A stretch of 64,000 nt of DNA from Christensenellales bacterium (GCA_050945795.1 JBMNTP010000007.1:864-64863), one strand, 5' to 3'. Counted from the stretch's first letter, positions 1-9,489 are shown. The notes: generated by a model from the sequence alone, not told the origin. A program made the numbers and translations.

Positions 1-1230
1 CTGCGGTATCGACTTGGTGTCGATGACAACAACATGCTTATCGGAAATCTCCGCCGCCTGTTTTGCCGATAATATTATGTTTTTATTATTCGGCAGCACT
101 ATAACGTTATCCGACGGCGCCCTGTCGATAGCACGGGCAATATCCTCTGTACTAGGGTTCATGCTTTGGCCGCCCTCTATTATATCATCGACCATAAGCT
201 CTTTAAAAACGGTGTTTATGCCGTCGCCAACAGACACCGTAACAAGCGCCACCGGTTTTTTCTCAAGCTCTCGCGCCTTTTTAAGCTCTCGGTTTTGCTC
301 GCGCATGTTTTCAATTTTAAGGCCGGTCAATTCTCCAAGCTCCAGCGCGTATTGTAGCGCCACGCCCGGCGTATCTGTATGAACATGTACTTTTATAATT
401 CCGCTGTCGTCACCGGCCACAACTATTGAATCGCCTATTTCCTCAAGCTTGTCCCTCAGGCCTGATAGCAGCCCGTCGACATCCTGGCTTACCAGTCTTA
501 TAACAAGGAACTCTGTGCAGTAGGTATATGTAATGTTTTCAAGATCGTTTTCAAATAGAGGAGCCTCGCTAGCGTGCGCTCCCATCTCAAATCTCTCGCC
601 AACTTCAACCTCTTCGCCGCGCAGCGCCTTTAAGAACCCTTCGTATATTACCAACAGCCCCATTCCTCCGGCGTCTACAACGCCTGCCTGCTTTAAAACC
701 GGCAGCATATCCGGCGTTTTTGCCAGTATATCGCGGCCGCTTTCAAGTATAACCTCAAAAAGCTTATCAAAATCTTTCGTCTGCTCGGCGCTTTCGCTGG
801 CCGCATCGGCGGTGTATCGCGATACGGTTAGCATAGTGCCTTCCTTAGGCTTCATAACCGCCTTGTACGCCGCCTCTACCCCGCCTTGCAAAGCAGCGGC
901 GAAAAGTTTAACGTCGACTTGAGCATTATTCCCTATAATTTTAGCGAAGCCCCTAAAAAGCTGCGACAGTATAACTCCGCTGTTGCCCCTTGCGCCTTTA
1001 AGAGCACCCATTGAAATAGCCGAAGAAACGCTTCCCATATCAGAAACATCGGCAAGCGTAAGCTCTTTGACGACCGACTGCATCGTGAGTGACATATTCG
1101 TGCCGGTATCGCCATCCGGCACCGGGAAAACATTTAAACTGTCTATTTGCGCCTTGTTTTGCTCTATAAGGTCGGAGGCCGTAAATACCATAGACCTAAG
1201 CAAGGCACCGTCCAATATTGTTTGCTGCAA
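1..1230 (-). CDS. DAK2-domain fusion protein YloV family (N-terminal ~410 aa; 3' end runs off the window)
   Basis: Not in the ORF track because there is no in-window stop. Hand translation of the minus strand from TTG 1230 gives LQQTILDGALLRSMVFTASDLIEQNKAQIDSLNVFPVPDGDTGTNMSLTM..., which carries the DAK2 phosphatase-type motif. GGAGG at 1243-1239 lies 8 nt upstream. The gene follows asp23, as in the B. subtilis yloU-yloV pair. Confidence 0.85.
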   Translation of the reverse strand, partial: MQQTILDGALLRSMVFTASDLIEQNKAQIDSLNVFPVPDGDTGTNMSLTMQSVVKELTLADVSDMGSVSSAISMGALKGARGNSGVILSQLFRGFAKIIGNNAQVDVKLFAAALQGGVEAAYKAVMKPKEGTMLTVSRYTADAASESAEQTKDFDKLFEVILESGRDILAKTPDMLPVLKQAGVVDAGGMGLLVIYEGFLKALRGEEVEVGERFEMGAHASEAPLFENDLENITYTYCTEFLVIRLVSQDVDGLLSGLRDKLEEIGDSIVVAGDDSGIIKVHVHTDTPGVALQYALELGELTGLKIENMREQNRELKKARELEKKPVALVTVSVGDGINTVFKELMVDDIIEGGQSMNPSTEDIARAIDRAPSDNVIVLPNNKNIILSAKQAAEISDKHVVVIDTKSIPQ

Positions 1231-1255
1231 TCCTTTAACCTCCTGTTTACTTCCG

Positions 1256-1606
1256 TCAGACCTTTATGCCCTGAACATTTACGTTCACACTGCTGACTTT
1301 AAGGCCGGTAAGGTTTTCAACAGAGTATTTAACGCCGTCTATCAGGTTTCCCGCAACCGCCGGAACCGACACCCCATAAGCAACCACTATGAACAGGTCT
1401 ATGTCAAAACTGTCCTCTGAAACTCTCACTTTAACACCTTTGCTTACGTTTTCTTTTTTCAGCAGTTCCGCAAAGCTACCGCCCGCGTTTTTGTTGGACA
1501 TGCCTACAACGCCGAAATTCTCCTGCGCCACTATGCCGGCAATTTGCCTTAGAACTTCATCTACATATACTATCTTGCCAAGTTCTGATTTTACTTCCAT
1601 TGGCAT
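1256..1606 (-). CDS. Asp23/Gls24 family envelope stress protein (YloU-like)
   Basis: Track ORF is 1256-1630. The SD AAGGAGG (1619-1615) sits 8 nt before the internal ATG 1606 (MPMEVKSELGKIVYVDEVLRQIAG...), which is a typical Asp23-family N-terminus. It is syntenic with rpmB and yloV. Confidence 0.85.
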   Translation of the reverse strand: MPMEVKSELGKIVYVDEVLRQIAGIVAQENFGVVGMSNKNAGGSFAELLKKENVSKGVKVRVSEDSFDIDLFIVVAYGVSVPAVAGNLIDGVKYSVENLTGLKVSSVNVNVQGIKV

Positions 1607-1670
1607 AACCGCTACCTCCTTAACAGCCATCTTTGGCGGTTTCTTTCTATACTTCGCCTAGAATAGCCTA

Positions 1671-1699
1671 ATTATAACTTATTTGATTTTATTTTGCAA
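1671..1699 (-). promoter_or_regulatory. sigma-A type promoter for the asp23-yloV operon
   Basis: Minus strand reads TTGCAA (1699-1694), a 17-nt spacer, then TATAAT (1676-1671). Confidence 0.6.
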
Positions 1700-1741
1700 T
1701 TTGACTATTTATCCATACTATTACGCTTACATAAAATTATA

Positions 1742-1770
1742 TTGCAAATAAAGGCATGTAATGATAAAAT
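1742..1770 (+). promoter_or_regulatory. sigma-A type promoter for rpmB
   Basis: TTGCAA (1742-1747), a 17-nt spacer, then TGaTAAAAT extended -10 (1762-1770), about 45 nt upstream of the rpmB ATG. Confidence 0.6.
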
Positions 1771-1816
1771 ACTACTGTTTGACGGAAGCTACCATCCAAT
1801 CAAGGAGGTGACATAG

Positions 1817-2008
1817 ATGGCCAGATTTTGTGAAGTATGCAGTAAAGGTGTTATGTCCGGCAATCGCATAAGCCATTCACACAAAAAAACCCGCCGCAAG
1901 TGGGCCCCGAACGTACAGCGTGTGCGCGTGGCTGTAAAAGGCAACCCGAAGCCGATGTATGTTTGCACGCGCTGCCTAAGAAGCGGCAAAGTGGAAAGAT
2001 ATGCTTAA
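1817..2008 (+). CDS. rpmB: 50S ribosomal protein L28
   Basis: The 63-aa product MARFCEVCSKGVMSGNRISHSHKKTRRKWAPNVQRV... is unmistakably L28. SD AAGGAGG lies upstream. Confidence 0.97.
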   Translation: MARFCEVCSKGVMSGNRISHSHKKTRRKWAPNVQRVRVAVKGNPKPMYVCTRCLRSGKVERYA

Positions 2009-2025
2009 AATTGCATCCGAGCAAT

Positions 2026-2053
2026 AAAAAAGCGCCTTATCGGCGTTTTTTTA
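2026..2053 (+). terminator. rho-independent terminator, probably bidirectional (rpmB and the convergent spoVM-like transcript)
   Basis: AAAAAAGCGCC-TTATC-GGCGTTTTTTT: a GC stem flanked by an A-run and a T-run. Confidence 0.6.
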
Positions 2054-2108
2054 TTTGCGTTTCAAATGCTCTTGCCTTTAATTAAATTTTCTCTTCTTTT
2101 TATAATAC

Positions 2109-2174
2109 CTACCTGAAAAGCAGCTTTAGCAGGCCCCTGAGCAAGCGGGGAGCTTTAATGCAGCATATCCTCAA
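2109..2174 (-). CDS. spoVM: SpoVM-like stage V sporulation micro-protein (21 aa from TTG 2174; alternative ATG 2189 gives 26 aa)
   Basis: MRICCIKAPRLLRGLLKLLFR aligns in register with B. subtilis SpoVM MKFYTIKLPKFLGGIVRAML... (recalled from memory), sharing the IK-x-P-[KR]-[FL]-L core. GGAGGTG at 2187-2181 lies 8 nt upstream of the TTG. It lies between thiN and rpmB, exactly where spoVM lies in Bacillus. Confidence 0.55.
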   Translation of the reverse strand: MRICCIKAPRLLRGLLKLLFR

Positions 2175-2206
2175 AACGCTCACCTCCATGACGCTTTCCC
2201 CACCGC

Positions 2207-2368
2207 CTAGCATCCCGGCGACCTGAGGAAAAATATTCCCAGCGCTATAAAAAGCAGTCCAATGAGCATCAGCCATGCCCAAACGGGCATAAAACACAGT
2301 ATCACCAGCGTTCCGCTCGCAATGGATATAATGCCTATCAACTTAAATGTTTTGCCTCTTCTGTGCAT
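2207..2368 (-). CDS. hypothetical small membrane protein (53 aa, two predicted TM helices)
   Basis: Hand-found ORF below the track cutoff: MHRRGKTFKLIGIISIASGTLVILCFMPVWAWLMLIGLLFIALGIFFLRSPGC. SD GAGGG is about 10 nt upstream. It is more protein-like than the overlapping 62-aa track ORF. Confidence 0.4.
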   Translation of the reverse strand: MHRRGKTFKLIGIISIASGTLVILCFMPVWAWLMLIGLLFIALGIFFLRSPGC

Positions 2369-2454
2369 AACTGTCACGCCCTCACGCTATATATTATTCG
2401 GGCATACCCTGTTATGATACCTTGAAAAGGCAAATACTTTATTCCTGCGCCCTG

Positions 2455-3081
2455 CTAGTCACGGCACATAAGAACAACCGACCATCCTTCGCTTATAATG
2501 CACGCCTTTTCTCCCACAAACACATTGCTTATGCCAAAAGCGGCGTCGAGCGGCATTTTATGCCGTTCCAAAGGATAATACAGCCCCTCTGTAGTGATGC
2601 GTGTTTCCTCGCCTAAAGGCACTATCGATATAAGCGCACCTTTTTTAGCTTTAAAGCTTTTCTTGCCATTTAGCGCGTAAACAGTATTTTTGCTATCCTC
2701 TATCCGCGCGTCAACTCCCGCCTTAGAGAGCCTTACCAGTACCTGTACGTTGCCAAGAGTATGGTCTAGCCTGCCGCCTATCGCGCCAAGCAGCACAACC
2801 TCATCCGCCCCCTCCTTAGCAACCATATCGCATGCGATCTGCGCGTCTGTTTCGTTTTTCTCGGTGTTAAGCTTTACCATGCGGCAGCCCTCAGCCTCAA
2901 AAGCCGCTAAAACATCGGGATCGGCGCTGTCAAAATCGCCTACTATGACATCCGGCATTATGCCGTATCTGCGCGCATATTCCGCCGCGCCATCCGCCGC
3001 GTATATAATATCGGCGTCAAGATGTCGAGATAGCAAATCCCTCTCCGGCTCCGCGCCATTTAAAAGAACTAAAGCCTTCAT
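2455..3081 (-). CDS. thiN: thiamine diphosphokinase
   Basis: 208-aa product with the GDFDSA motif and a C-terminal thiamine-binding domain. ATGA overlap with the rpe stop. Synteny matches yloS. Confidence 0.9.
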   Translation of the reverse strand: MKALVLLNGAEPERDLLSRHLDADIIYAADGAAEYARRYGIMPDVIVGDFDSADPDVLAAFEAEGCRMVKLNTEKNETDAQIACDMVAKEGADEVVLLGAIGGRLDHTLGNVQVLVRLSKAGVDARIEDSKNTVYALNGKKSFKAKKGALISIVPLGEETRITTEGLYYPLERHKMPLDAAFGISNVFVGEKACIISEGWSVVLMCRD

Positions 3082-3728
3082 TTTTCTCCCCTCAGTCTTT
3101 TAACCATGTCCGCCTTGTCGTCAGCGCCAAAAAATGCGCTGCCCGCAACTAGCACATCGGCGCCGGCGGCTATAATAGCTTTGGCGTTTCCGGCATGTAT
3201 GCCGCCGTCCACCTCCAGCTCTATGGCTTTTCCGAGCGCGTCTATTTTACGGCGCATTATCCTTAGCCGCTCATACGATTCCTCTATGAATTTCTGACCG
3301 CCAAATCCTGGATGAACGCTCATTATGAGCACAAGATCGGCGTATTCAAGAACGCCGTCAAGTACCGAAGTATCCGTTTCAGGGTTTATAGATACCCCTG
3401 CCTTCACACCGGCAGCAGATATCGCCTTAAGCACCGACTTTACATCCTTTGTAGCTTCGGCGTGTATCGTAAGTATATCCGCGCCAGCTTTTATATAATC
3501 GTCTATGTACCTTTCCGGCTCAACTATCATAAGATGTGCGTCAAACGGCAGTGAAGTATGCTTTTTAAGCGCCGAAAGGAAGCCGGAACCAAATGTTATA
3601 TTCGGCACATATACTCCATCCATAACATCAAAATGCACACAATCGGCACCGGCGCGCTCTACCACCCCTACCTCGTCGCCAAGGCGGGCAAAATCCGCCG
3701 AAAGTATAGACGGCGCGACTTTAATCAT
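3078..3728 (-). CDS. rpe: ribulose-phosphate 3-epimerase
   Basis: Motifs MIKVAPSILSADF and HFDVMDG. The start was moved to ATG 3728 (GGAGGA upstream, overlapping the rsgA stop) rather than the track start 3758. Confidence 0.93.
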   Translation of the reverse strand: MIKVAPSILSADFARLGDEVGVVERAGADCVHFDVMDGVYVPNITFGSGFLSALKKHTSLPFDAHLMIVEPERYIDDYIKAGADILTIHAEATKDVKSVLKAISAAGVKAGVSINPETDTSVLDGVLEYADLVLIMSVHPGFGGQKFIEESYERLRIMRRKIDALGKAIELEVDGGIHAGNAKAIIAAGADVLVAGSAFFGADDKADMVKRLRGEK

Positions 3729-4563
3729 AAATCTTCCTCCTCGATTCCTTATGCTCATCTAGCAGTCTTAAATACCGCGAATATCTCTCTTTATGTATTA
3801 ATCCCTGCTCCACCGCTTCTTTAACAGCGCAGCCCGGCTCCGTCCTATGCTCGCAGCCCGAGAATTGGCAGCCCTGCCTTTTATCGTCAATCTCTTTGTA
3901 CCACCTGTCCGGCGGCGCATCGAAAAGGCTGCTGTCAAAAACGCTGAACCCCGGCGTATCCACCACAACGCCGCCGTTAAGCGGTATAAGCTCGCTGTGC
4001 CGCGTAGTATGCCTGCCGCGGCCTATCCTCTCGCTAATTTCACCCGTTTCTAGCTCGCTCTCGGGCAGTATGGCGTTTATAAGAGATGTTTTTCCTACCC
4101 CCGATTGTCCCGCGAATATCGTACAGCCGTGCAGCCGCGCTTTAAGCTCTTCTATGCCCTGCCCCGTCATAGCCGAAGCCATTATTATATCGCATCCGGC
4201 ATTTATGAACTGCTCGGCGAATCCGCCGTCCCCCAAATCGGCTTTGTTCACGCATATAAAAGCATCTATGCCGGCAAACGTCGCCTGATACAATAGCTTG
4301 TCCGCCAAAAGCAGATCGGGCGCAGGCTTTGACGCCGACAAAGTCAGCGCCATGCAGTCCACATTCGCTATGGGCGGACGAATAAGGCTGTTTTTCCTGG
4401 GCAATATTTTGAGCATAGTTTCGCCGTCCGTCTCAACCATATCGCCAATCATAGGCGTAATATCCTCTATGCGAAATTTCCCTCTCGCCTTAACGGTTAT
4501 AATGCCGGCCTGGGTCATTACGCTGTAAAACCCGCCAATACCCTTTATTATCCTCCCTGTCAT
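3721..4563 (-). CDS. rsgA: ribosome small-subunit-dependent GTPase A
   Basis: P-loop GQSGVGKTSLINAI and a C-terminal zinc motif CQFSGCEHRTEPGC. OB fold at the N-terminus. Confidence 0.95.
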   Translation of the reverse strand: MTGRIIKGIGGFYSVMTQAGIITVKARGKFRIEDITPMIGDMVETDGETMLKILPRKNSLIRPPIANVDCMALTLSASKPAPDLLLADKLLYQATFAGIDAFICVNKADLGDGGFAEQFINAGCDIIMASAMTGQGIEELKARLHGCTIFAGQSGVGKTSLINAILPESELETGEISERIGRGRHTTRHSELIPLNGGVVVDTPGFSVFDSSLFDAPPDRWYKEIDDKRQGCQFSGCEHRTEPGCAVKEAVEQGLIHKERYSRYLRLLDEHKESRRKIYD

Positions 4564-4564
4564 A

Positions 4565-6418
4565 CTATCCCCCTAAAAAGCGCAGCATCTCACTTTTAAC
4601 AAGCTCGCCGTCAACATATATATTAACCTTGTTATATCCTTCCGTAGCGCTCTTAGCCTCTATCTCAATTTCCCTAACGCCGCCGGGATACTCGCTTTCC
4701 ATATCGAGATACTCCAGCCCGTCGCTTTCGCTAACCGTCACCCGCACGCGCCCTCCCGATTCGGGCAGCGTTATTATAGCCGTAGCGGAAGCGGAGTAGG
4801 ATTTATTCTGCCTTTTAGGTATCCATATCTGAACAGGCTTTGTGTCAAGCGTCATTTCGCCTTCTTCAGGCAGCGTTCTTATAACGCCTTCGCCAGTAGC
4901 GCCCTCTTCCTCAAATATTATGCCCGGCGTAAGACCCGCCGCCCTGATGCTTATAATAGCACTGTTAAGCGGCAGCCCCGCAACATCCGGCACCTGCTCC
5001 ATAGAGCCTTCAATACTTACAACAAGGCTTACCTCCTGCCCGTCTAAAAGTATCTCGCCCGGCGCCGGCGACTGCTCAAGAACATAGCCATGCGCCCCGC
5101 TTGCTGTACGGTAAGTTACATTTACATGCACGCCTATATAATTAAGCTCCAGCCTCGCCCTTTCTTCTGTAAAATCTATAAGCCTTGGCATCGTCAAGCC
5201 GGGCAACCCATCGCTTACTACAATCATTATCTCACTGCCCCGCTCAAGCGGCTCAAGCGGCGCCGGCGTTTGCGCCATAATAAGCCCCGCCTCATACTCC
5301 TCGCTGGTATCATGCTCAATCAGCACATTAAAGCCCATATTCCTTAGCATGGCCTCAGCGTAGGCAAGCTCAGAGCCTACCACTTCCGGCATATGAATCT
5401 CAGATGCCGCGTCACCGCTTCTGTCAAACGGAGACACAGCGAGTATAAAAGCTACAGCTATAAGCGCTATTACCAGCGTCGCCGCGAGTATAACCACGAT
5501 AGCCGTCTTGCCGCCGCCCTTTTTCTCCTCGTCCAAAGAAGGGAGCATAGCAGGCCCTGTATCTTGAAACGCATCGCTTACAATGCCGCCTTCCGGCCTT
5601 CTTAAAACAGTTTTAAGGTCATAAATCATATCCGACGCCTGCGCGTATCTGCTAGCCGGATTCTTTTTTATCGCCTTTAATATTACCTCGCACAATCCTG
5701 CCGGTATATCCTTACACAACTCATTAGGGCAGGTCGGCTCCTCATGTAAATGCTTTATAGCGACAGTAACAGCTTTATCGCCGCGATAAGGCGTTTCGCC
5801 GGTAACCATTTCATAAAGCACTATGCCTAGCGAGTATATGTCTGTCTTTTCATCTGTACGCTCGCCCCGCGCCTGCTCCGGCGCAAAATAATGCACCGAG
5901 CCTAATACCGCTCCGCCCGCCTGACGGCTTTTTGACTTTCTGCCACCGGCTATACCAAAATCGGTAAGCTTCGCTGTGCCGGAATTTGTAATAAGTATAT
6001 TATGCGGCTTTATATCCCTGTGTATAATGCCTTTTTTATGCGCGCACTCGAGTGCGCCGGCTATTTCTATGGCTATTTTAATTGCCCGCTCATACGGCAA
6101 GCGGCCCATATAGCTTATAAGCTCTTTAAGCGTATTGCCCTCGACGCACTCCATAACTATAAACCCGCGCCCGCTGTCCTGCTCATAACCATACACCTTA
6201 ACGACATTAGGATGTGATACCGACATCGCCGCCTCCGCCTCGGCGTCAAAACGCTTAAGCGCGGCATCATCTTCTAAAAACTCATCTCGCAGCATTTTTA
6301 TAGCCACCGTTTCGCCATCCAAAAGCCGCTCAGCCTTGTATATAAACGACATGCCGCCTTGCGCCAACAGCTCTAAAACTTTATATTTGCCGTTTAAAAC
6401 CTGTCCTAACAAGCTCAT
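4565..6418 (-). CDS. prkC: Ser/Thr protein kinase with PASTA repeats (PrkC/PknB type)
   Basis: Hanks kinase motifs HRDIKPHNIL and DFGIA, one TM helix (AIVVILAATLVIALIAVAFILAV), and extracellular PASTA-like repeats. Confidence 0.95.
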   Translation of the reverse strand: MSLLGQVLNGKYKVLELLAQGGMSFIYKAERLLDGETVAIKMLRDEFLEDDAALKRFDAEAEAAMSVSHPNVVKVYGYEQDSGRGFIVMECVEGNTLKELISYMGRLPYERAIKIAIEIAGALECAHKKGIIHRDIKPHNILITNSGTAKLTDFGIAGGRKSKSRQAGGAVLGSVHYFAPEQARGERTDEKTDIYSLGIVLYEMVTGETPYRGDKAVTVAIKHLHEEPTCPNELCKDIPAGLCEVILKAIKKNPASRYAQASDMIYDLKTVLRRPEGGIVSDAFQDTGPAMLPSLDEEKKGGGKTAIVVILAATLVIALIAVAFILAVSPFDRSGDAASEIHMPEVVGSELAYAEAMLRNMGFNVLIEHDTSEEYEAGLIMAQTPAPLEPLERGSEIMIVVSDGLPGLTMPRLIDFTEERARLELNYIGVHVNVTYRTASGAHGYVLEQSPAPGEILLDGQEVSLVVSIEGSMEQVPDVAGLPLNSAIISIRAAGLTPGIIFEEEGATGEGVIRTLPEEGEMTLDTKPVQIWIPKRQNKSYSASATAIITLPESGGRVRVTVSESDGLEYLDMESEYPGGVREIEIEAKSATEGYNKVNIYVDGELVKSEMLRFLGG

Positions 6419-7152
6419 TCGGGAACACCTTCCCCCCGAGTGTTTGAGGCTATTACAACTGTTATATTATCGCTTCCTCCGGCGAGAAGAGCCTTTTCAA
6501 CAAGCGTTTCAGCCGCCTGCTTTATATCTCCAGCACTCATAACGCCGGCGATTTCTTCCTCGCTTACCAGCCCGTGCAGCCCGTCAGTACAAAGGAGCAG
6601 CGAATCGCCCTCGCCCCACAATGTAAGGTATGTATCAACCTCTATCGTTGGACAGGTACCTACCGCCCTTGTAAGTATATGACGGGCAGGATGCGACTCG
6701 CAGCCGCGGTCGGCCTCGCCCTTTGCCGCCATCTCCTCAAAAAGCGAATGATCTCTTGTTATAAGCTTTAGCGCCCCGTTTCTAAAAAGATACGCCCGGC
6801 TGTCTCCTACATGCGCTATAACGGCGCGGTTGTCGGAAAGCAGCGATATTGTGAGCGTTGAGCCCATGCCCCGAAGCTCGTCGCTTTCCTTTGCTTTATT
6901 ATAAACAAGATTATTAGCTATTCGTATCGCCCGCCTAAGCTTCATACCCGGCGCCGAATCTACATCGTCCATGCGCTCAAGCGCCGCCAGAGAGCATAGT
7001 ACCGCCAGGCTCGACGCTAAATCCCCGCTATTATGCCCACCCAAACCATCAGCAACTGCGATTATCCTATCGTTATCGCTTTCTGGTATATGGTAATAAT
7101 CTTCATTTCTTTCTCTTACTTTGCCCTTATCCGTTTTGGCGGCAAATATCAT
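6415..7152 (-). CDS. stp: PP2C-family Ser/Thr phosphatase (Stp/PrpC)
   Basis: Motifs ADGLGGHNSG and GGSDNITVV. ATGA overlap with prkC. Confidence 0.95.
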   Translation of the reverse strand: MIFAAKTDKGKVRERNEDYYHIPESDNDRIIAVADGLGGHNSGDLASSLAVLCSLAALERMDDVDSAPGMKLRRAIRIANNLVYNKAKESDELRGMGSTLTISLLSDNRAVIAHVGDSRAYLFRNGALKLITRDHSLFEEMAAKGEADRGCESHPARHILTRAVGTCPTIEVDTYLTLWGEGDSLLLCTDGLHGLVSEEEIAGVMSAGDIKQAAETLVEKALLAGGSDNITVVIASNTRGEGVPE

Positions 7153-8186
7153 TATGCCTCCCCCTTAGTAACAAAACTTCTCCTTAGCTGGCCGCAAGCC
7201 CCGTCTACACCCAGGCCCAGCTCTCTTCTCTTCGTAGCGGAAACACCATGCGCTAGCAATTCTTGAAGAAAAGCCTCCGCCGTTTCGCGTGACGGCGGCA
7301 TTAAGTCGCGCTCCTCCACCCGATTAAGGCTTATAAGGTTTATATGCATATTCCTGCCCTTAACAAGCCTGCTGAGCTCCAGCGCCTCTTTTTTAGAGCA
7401 GTTAATTCCGTCTATCATTATGTATTCGATTATAACCCGCCGCCCCGTCTTTTTAGCGTAATAGTCTGCCGCCCGCATTATCTCCTCAACGCTCCATGCC
7501 GCCGCCGACGGCATTATGCTCCGTCTTATATCGTCATTTGGCGCGTGCAGCGACACCGACAGGTTTACGCCTACTTCCTCATCTGCAAGACTGTACATCT
7601 TTGGCACTATACCGCACGTTGAAACGGATATATTGCGCCGCGATATATTTATGCCGTCCGGCGATGTTACAAGGCGCAGAAATTTAAGCGTATTTTCGTA
7701 ATTATCAAGCGGTTCGCCGCTGCCCATTATAACTATGTTTGTTATCGCCCTGCCGCCATCTTCGCTTTTATGCAGCTTTTCGCATTCTAAAACCTGCGAT
7801 AGCATTTCGCCCGCCGTTAAATTTCTTGCAAGCCCGTCAATGGTGCTGGCGCAAAACAAACAGCCCATGCGACAACCGGCCTGTGAGGATATGCAAAGCG
7901 TATTGCCGTGGCGGTACCGCATAAAAACGCTTTCAACAACATTGCCATCCGACGCGGCGTTAAGATATTTTATAGTTTCGCCTGCCTTTTTCTGGCTTAT
8001 AATGCTAACCCCGCCGTATTCCATATTTGAAAGCTGCTGCCTAAGATTTAGCGGAAGATTTGTCATGCCCTCTGGCTTCTCGCCTTTATGCAGCCAGGAA
8101 TATATCTGTCCGGCGCGAAATGCCGGCAGCCGCATATCTTTTATAACCGCCTTTAGCTCATCTAAAGACATATCAATAAGACTCAT
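7152..8186 (-). CDS. rlmN: 23S rRNA/tRNA (adenine2503-C2)-methyltransferase, radical SAM
   Basis: Radical-SAM motif CRMGCLFCAS and RlmN-type N-terminus ...LPAFRAGQIYSWLH. Confidence 0.95.
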   Translation of the reverse strand: MSLIDMSLDELKAVIKDMRLPAFRAGQIYSWLHKGEKPEGMTNLPLNLRQQLSNMEYGGVSIISQKKAGETIKYLNAASDGNVVESVFMRYRHGNTLCISSQAGCRMGCLFCASTIDGLARNLTAGEMLSQVLECEKLHKSEDGGRAITNIVIMGSGEPLDNYENTLKFLRLVTSPDGINISRRNISVSTCGIVPKMYSLADEEVGVNLSVSLHAPNDDIRRSIMPSAAAWSVEEIMRAADYYAKKTGRRVIIEYIMIDGINCSKKEALELSRLVKGRNMHINLISLNRVEERDLMPPSRETAEAFLQELLAHGVSATKRRELGLGVDGACGQLRRSFVTKGEA

Positions 8187-9487
8187 GCGCCGCTCCTTTC
8201 CATGCTCGCTACAAAAAAGCCGTCGCCATGTATATGCGGCAAAAGCTGTAAGCGTCCGTCCTTTACAAGGCTCGCCGCCGGCTCATAATCCCATACCGGC
8301 GAAAACTCGCCGCTCTTTTTTAAAAACGCCGACACAACGCCTTCATTCTCTCTTTTTGATACTGTACAGGTTGAATATACCAGCCTTCCGCCCGGCTTGA
8401 CGTATCGAGAGCATACCTCAAGTATCTCAAGCTGAAGCTTAGAAAGAGCCGCTATATCATCTTCCTTTTTCTTTATAAGCGCGTCCGCCCGTCCATCTAT
8501 ACTGCCAAGCCCGCTGCACGGCGCATCGATTAAAACGGCGTCGAAGCTGTTTTCAAGCTCAGCGCGAGGCACTCGCGCATCAGATTGAGAGCAGGTAACA
8601 AACTCTATGCCAAGCCTTTTAACCGCCGCCTCTATTAGCTTTACCCTGTGCTCATGCACATCCCAGGCAATTATCTCACCCTCGCCCATAAGCTCGGCCA
8701 TATACGCGGTTTTACCGCCCGGAGCGGCGCAAGCGTCGAGTATGCGCATACCCCGTTTAGGCACTACCGCTCGGCATGCCACCATAGCGCCTATGCCCTG
8801 CACGCTGAAAAGCCCTTTGTTGTAGCTTTCATCTGATGCTATGCCGCTCATTCCCGAAACAAAATAGCAGTTTTCATCTAGCTCCGACCTACGAAACTTC
8901 AGCAGCTTGCTCTCTAAAAGCTGCTCAAATTCCGGCAGTCCTATTTTAAGCAGATTAGGGCGCAGCGACAGTTCTTTTTGTGTATCCGCCTCCGCCATAT
9001 ATACAGCCGCCTCTTTTCCGTACTCCCTCGCCCACATTTTAAGCAGCCAAAGCGGCTTTGAATGTATAATCGATGCGTATTCGAGCGGCTTGTCCTCTTT
9101 AGAAGGATATTCTATTTTTTCAAGTCCGGCCGATACTGAGCGCATAACGCCGTTAACGTAACCGGCTAGCGGTATTTTGCCTATCTCCTTTGTAAGCTTA
9201 ACGCTTTCAGAGCAGGCAACGGCTTTTTCTGTGCCTGTTAGCATCTCGCTTATGCCCATACGGAGTATATTTCTTATAGCCGGCTTTATACGCCCTCTTG
9301 CGTATTTTCCTATTATATAATCGGCGTGTATTATGTTTTCAAGCGTATCATACACAAGCTTGGTAACAAACCTTACGTCCCTTTCAGAAAGGCCATGGAG
9401 CCCGGTTTTAAGGGCAAGGTTGGCGTAGGCTCCGTCGCCTATTATTTCATTTAGCTTTTCTAAAGCTTTTCTGCGCGCACTCGCCAT
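8183..9487 (-). CDS. rsmB: 16S rRNA (cytosine967-C5)-methyltransferase
   Basis: NusB-like N-terminal domain, SAM motif DACAAPGGKT, and catalytic YSTCT. Confidence 0.93.
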   Translation of the reverse strand: MASARRKALEKLNEIIGDGAYANLALKTGLHGLSERDVRFVTKLVYDTLENIIHADYIIGKYARGRIKPAIRNILRMGISEMLTGTEKAVACSESVKLTKEIGKIPLAGYVNGVMRSVSAGLEKIEYPSKEDKPLEYASIIHSKPLWLLKMWAREYGKEAAVYMAEADTQKELSLRPNLLKIGLPEFEQLLESKLLKFRRSELDENCYFVSGMSGIASDESYNKGLFSVQGIGAMVACRAVVPKRGMRILDACAAPGGKTAYMAELMGEGEIIAWDVHEHRVKLIEAAVKRLGIEFVTCSQSDARVPRAELENSFDAVLIDAPCSGLGSIDGRADALIKKKEDDIAALSKLQLEILEVCSRYVKPGGRLVYSTCTVSKRENEGVVSAFLKKSGEFSPVWDYEPAASLVKDGRLQLLPHIHGDGFFVASMERSGA

Positions 9488-9489
9488 GC

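Noticed and set aside
2109-2297. The 62-aa track ORF taken as a single gene.
   Set aside because: Its N-terminal 36 aa overlap, out of frame, a much more protein-like two-TM ORF (2207-2368). Only its last 21-26 codons, which are SD-preceded and SpoVM-like, look real.
7735-8400. A 221-aa plus-strand ORF, together with similar long plus-strand ORFs at 12564-13208, 25269-25853, 32756-33418, 44782-45372 and 49589-50263.
   Set aside because: All are antisense shadows of unmistakable housekeeping genes (rlmN/rsmB, priA, guaB, dnaK, the murF-like gene and the amidohydrolase). They give Ser/Ala/Pro-rich translations and have no SD.
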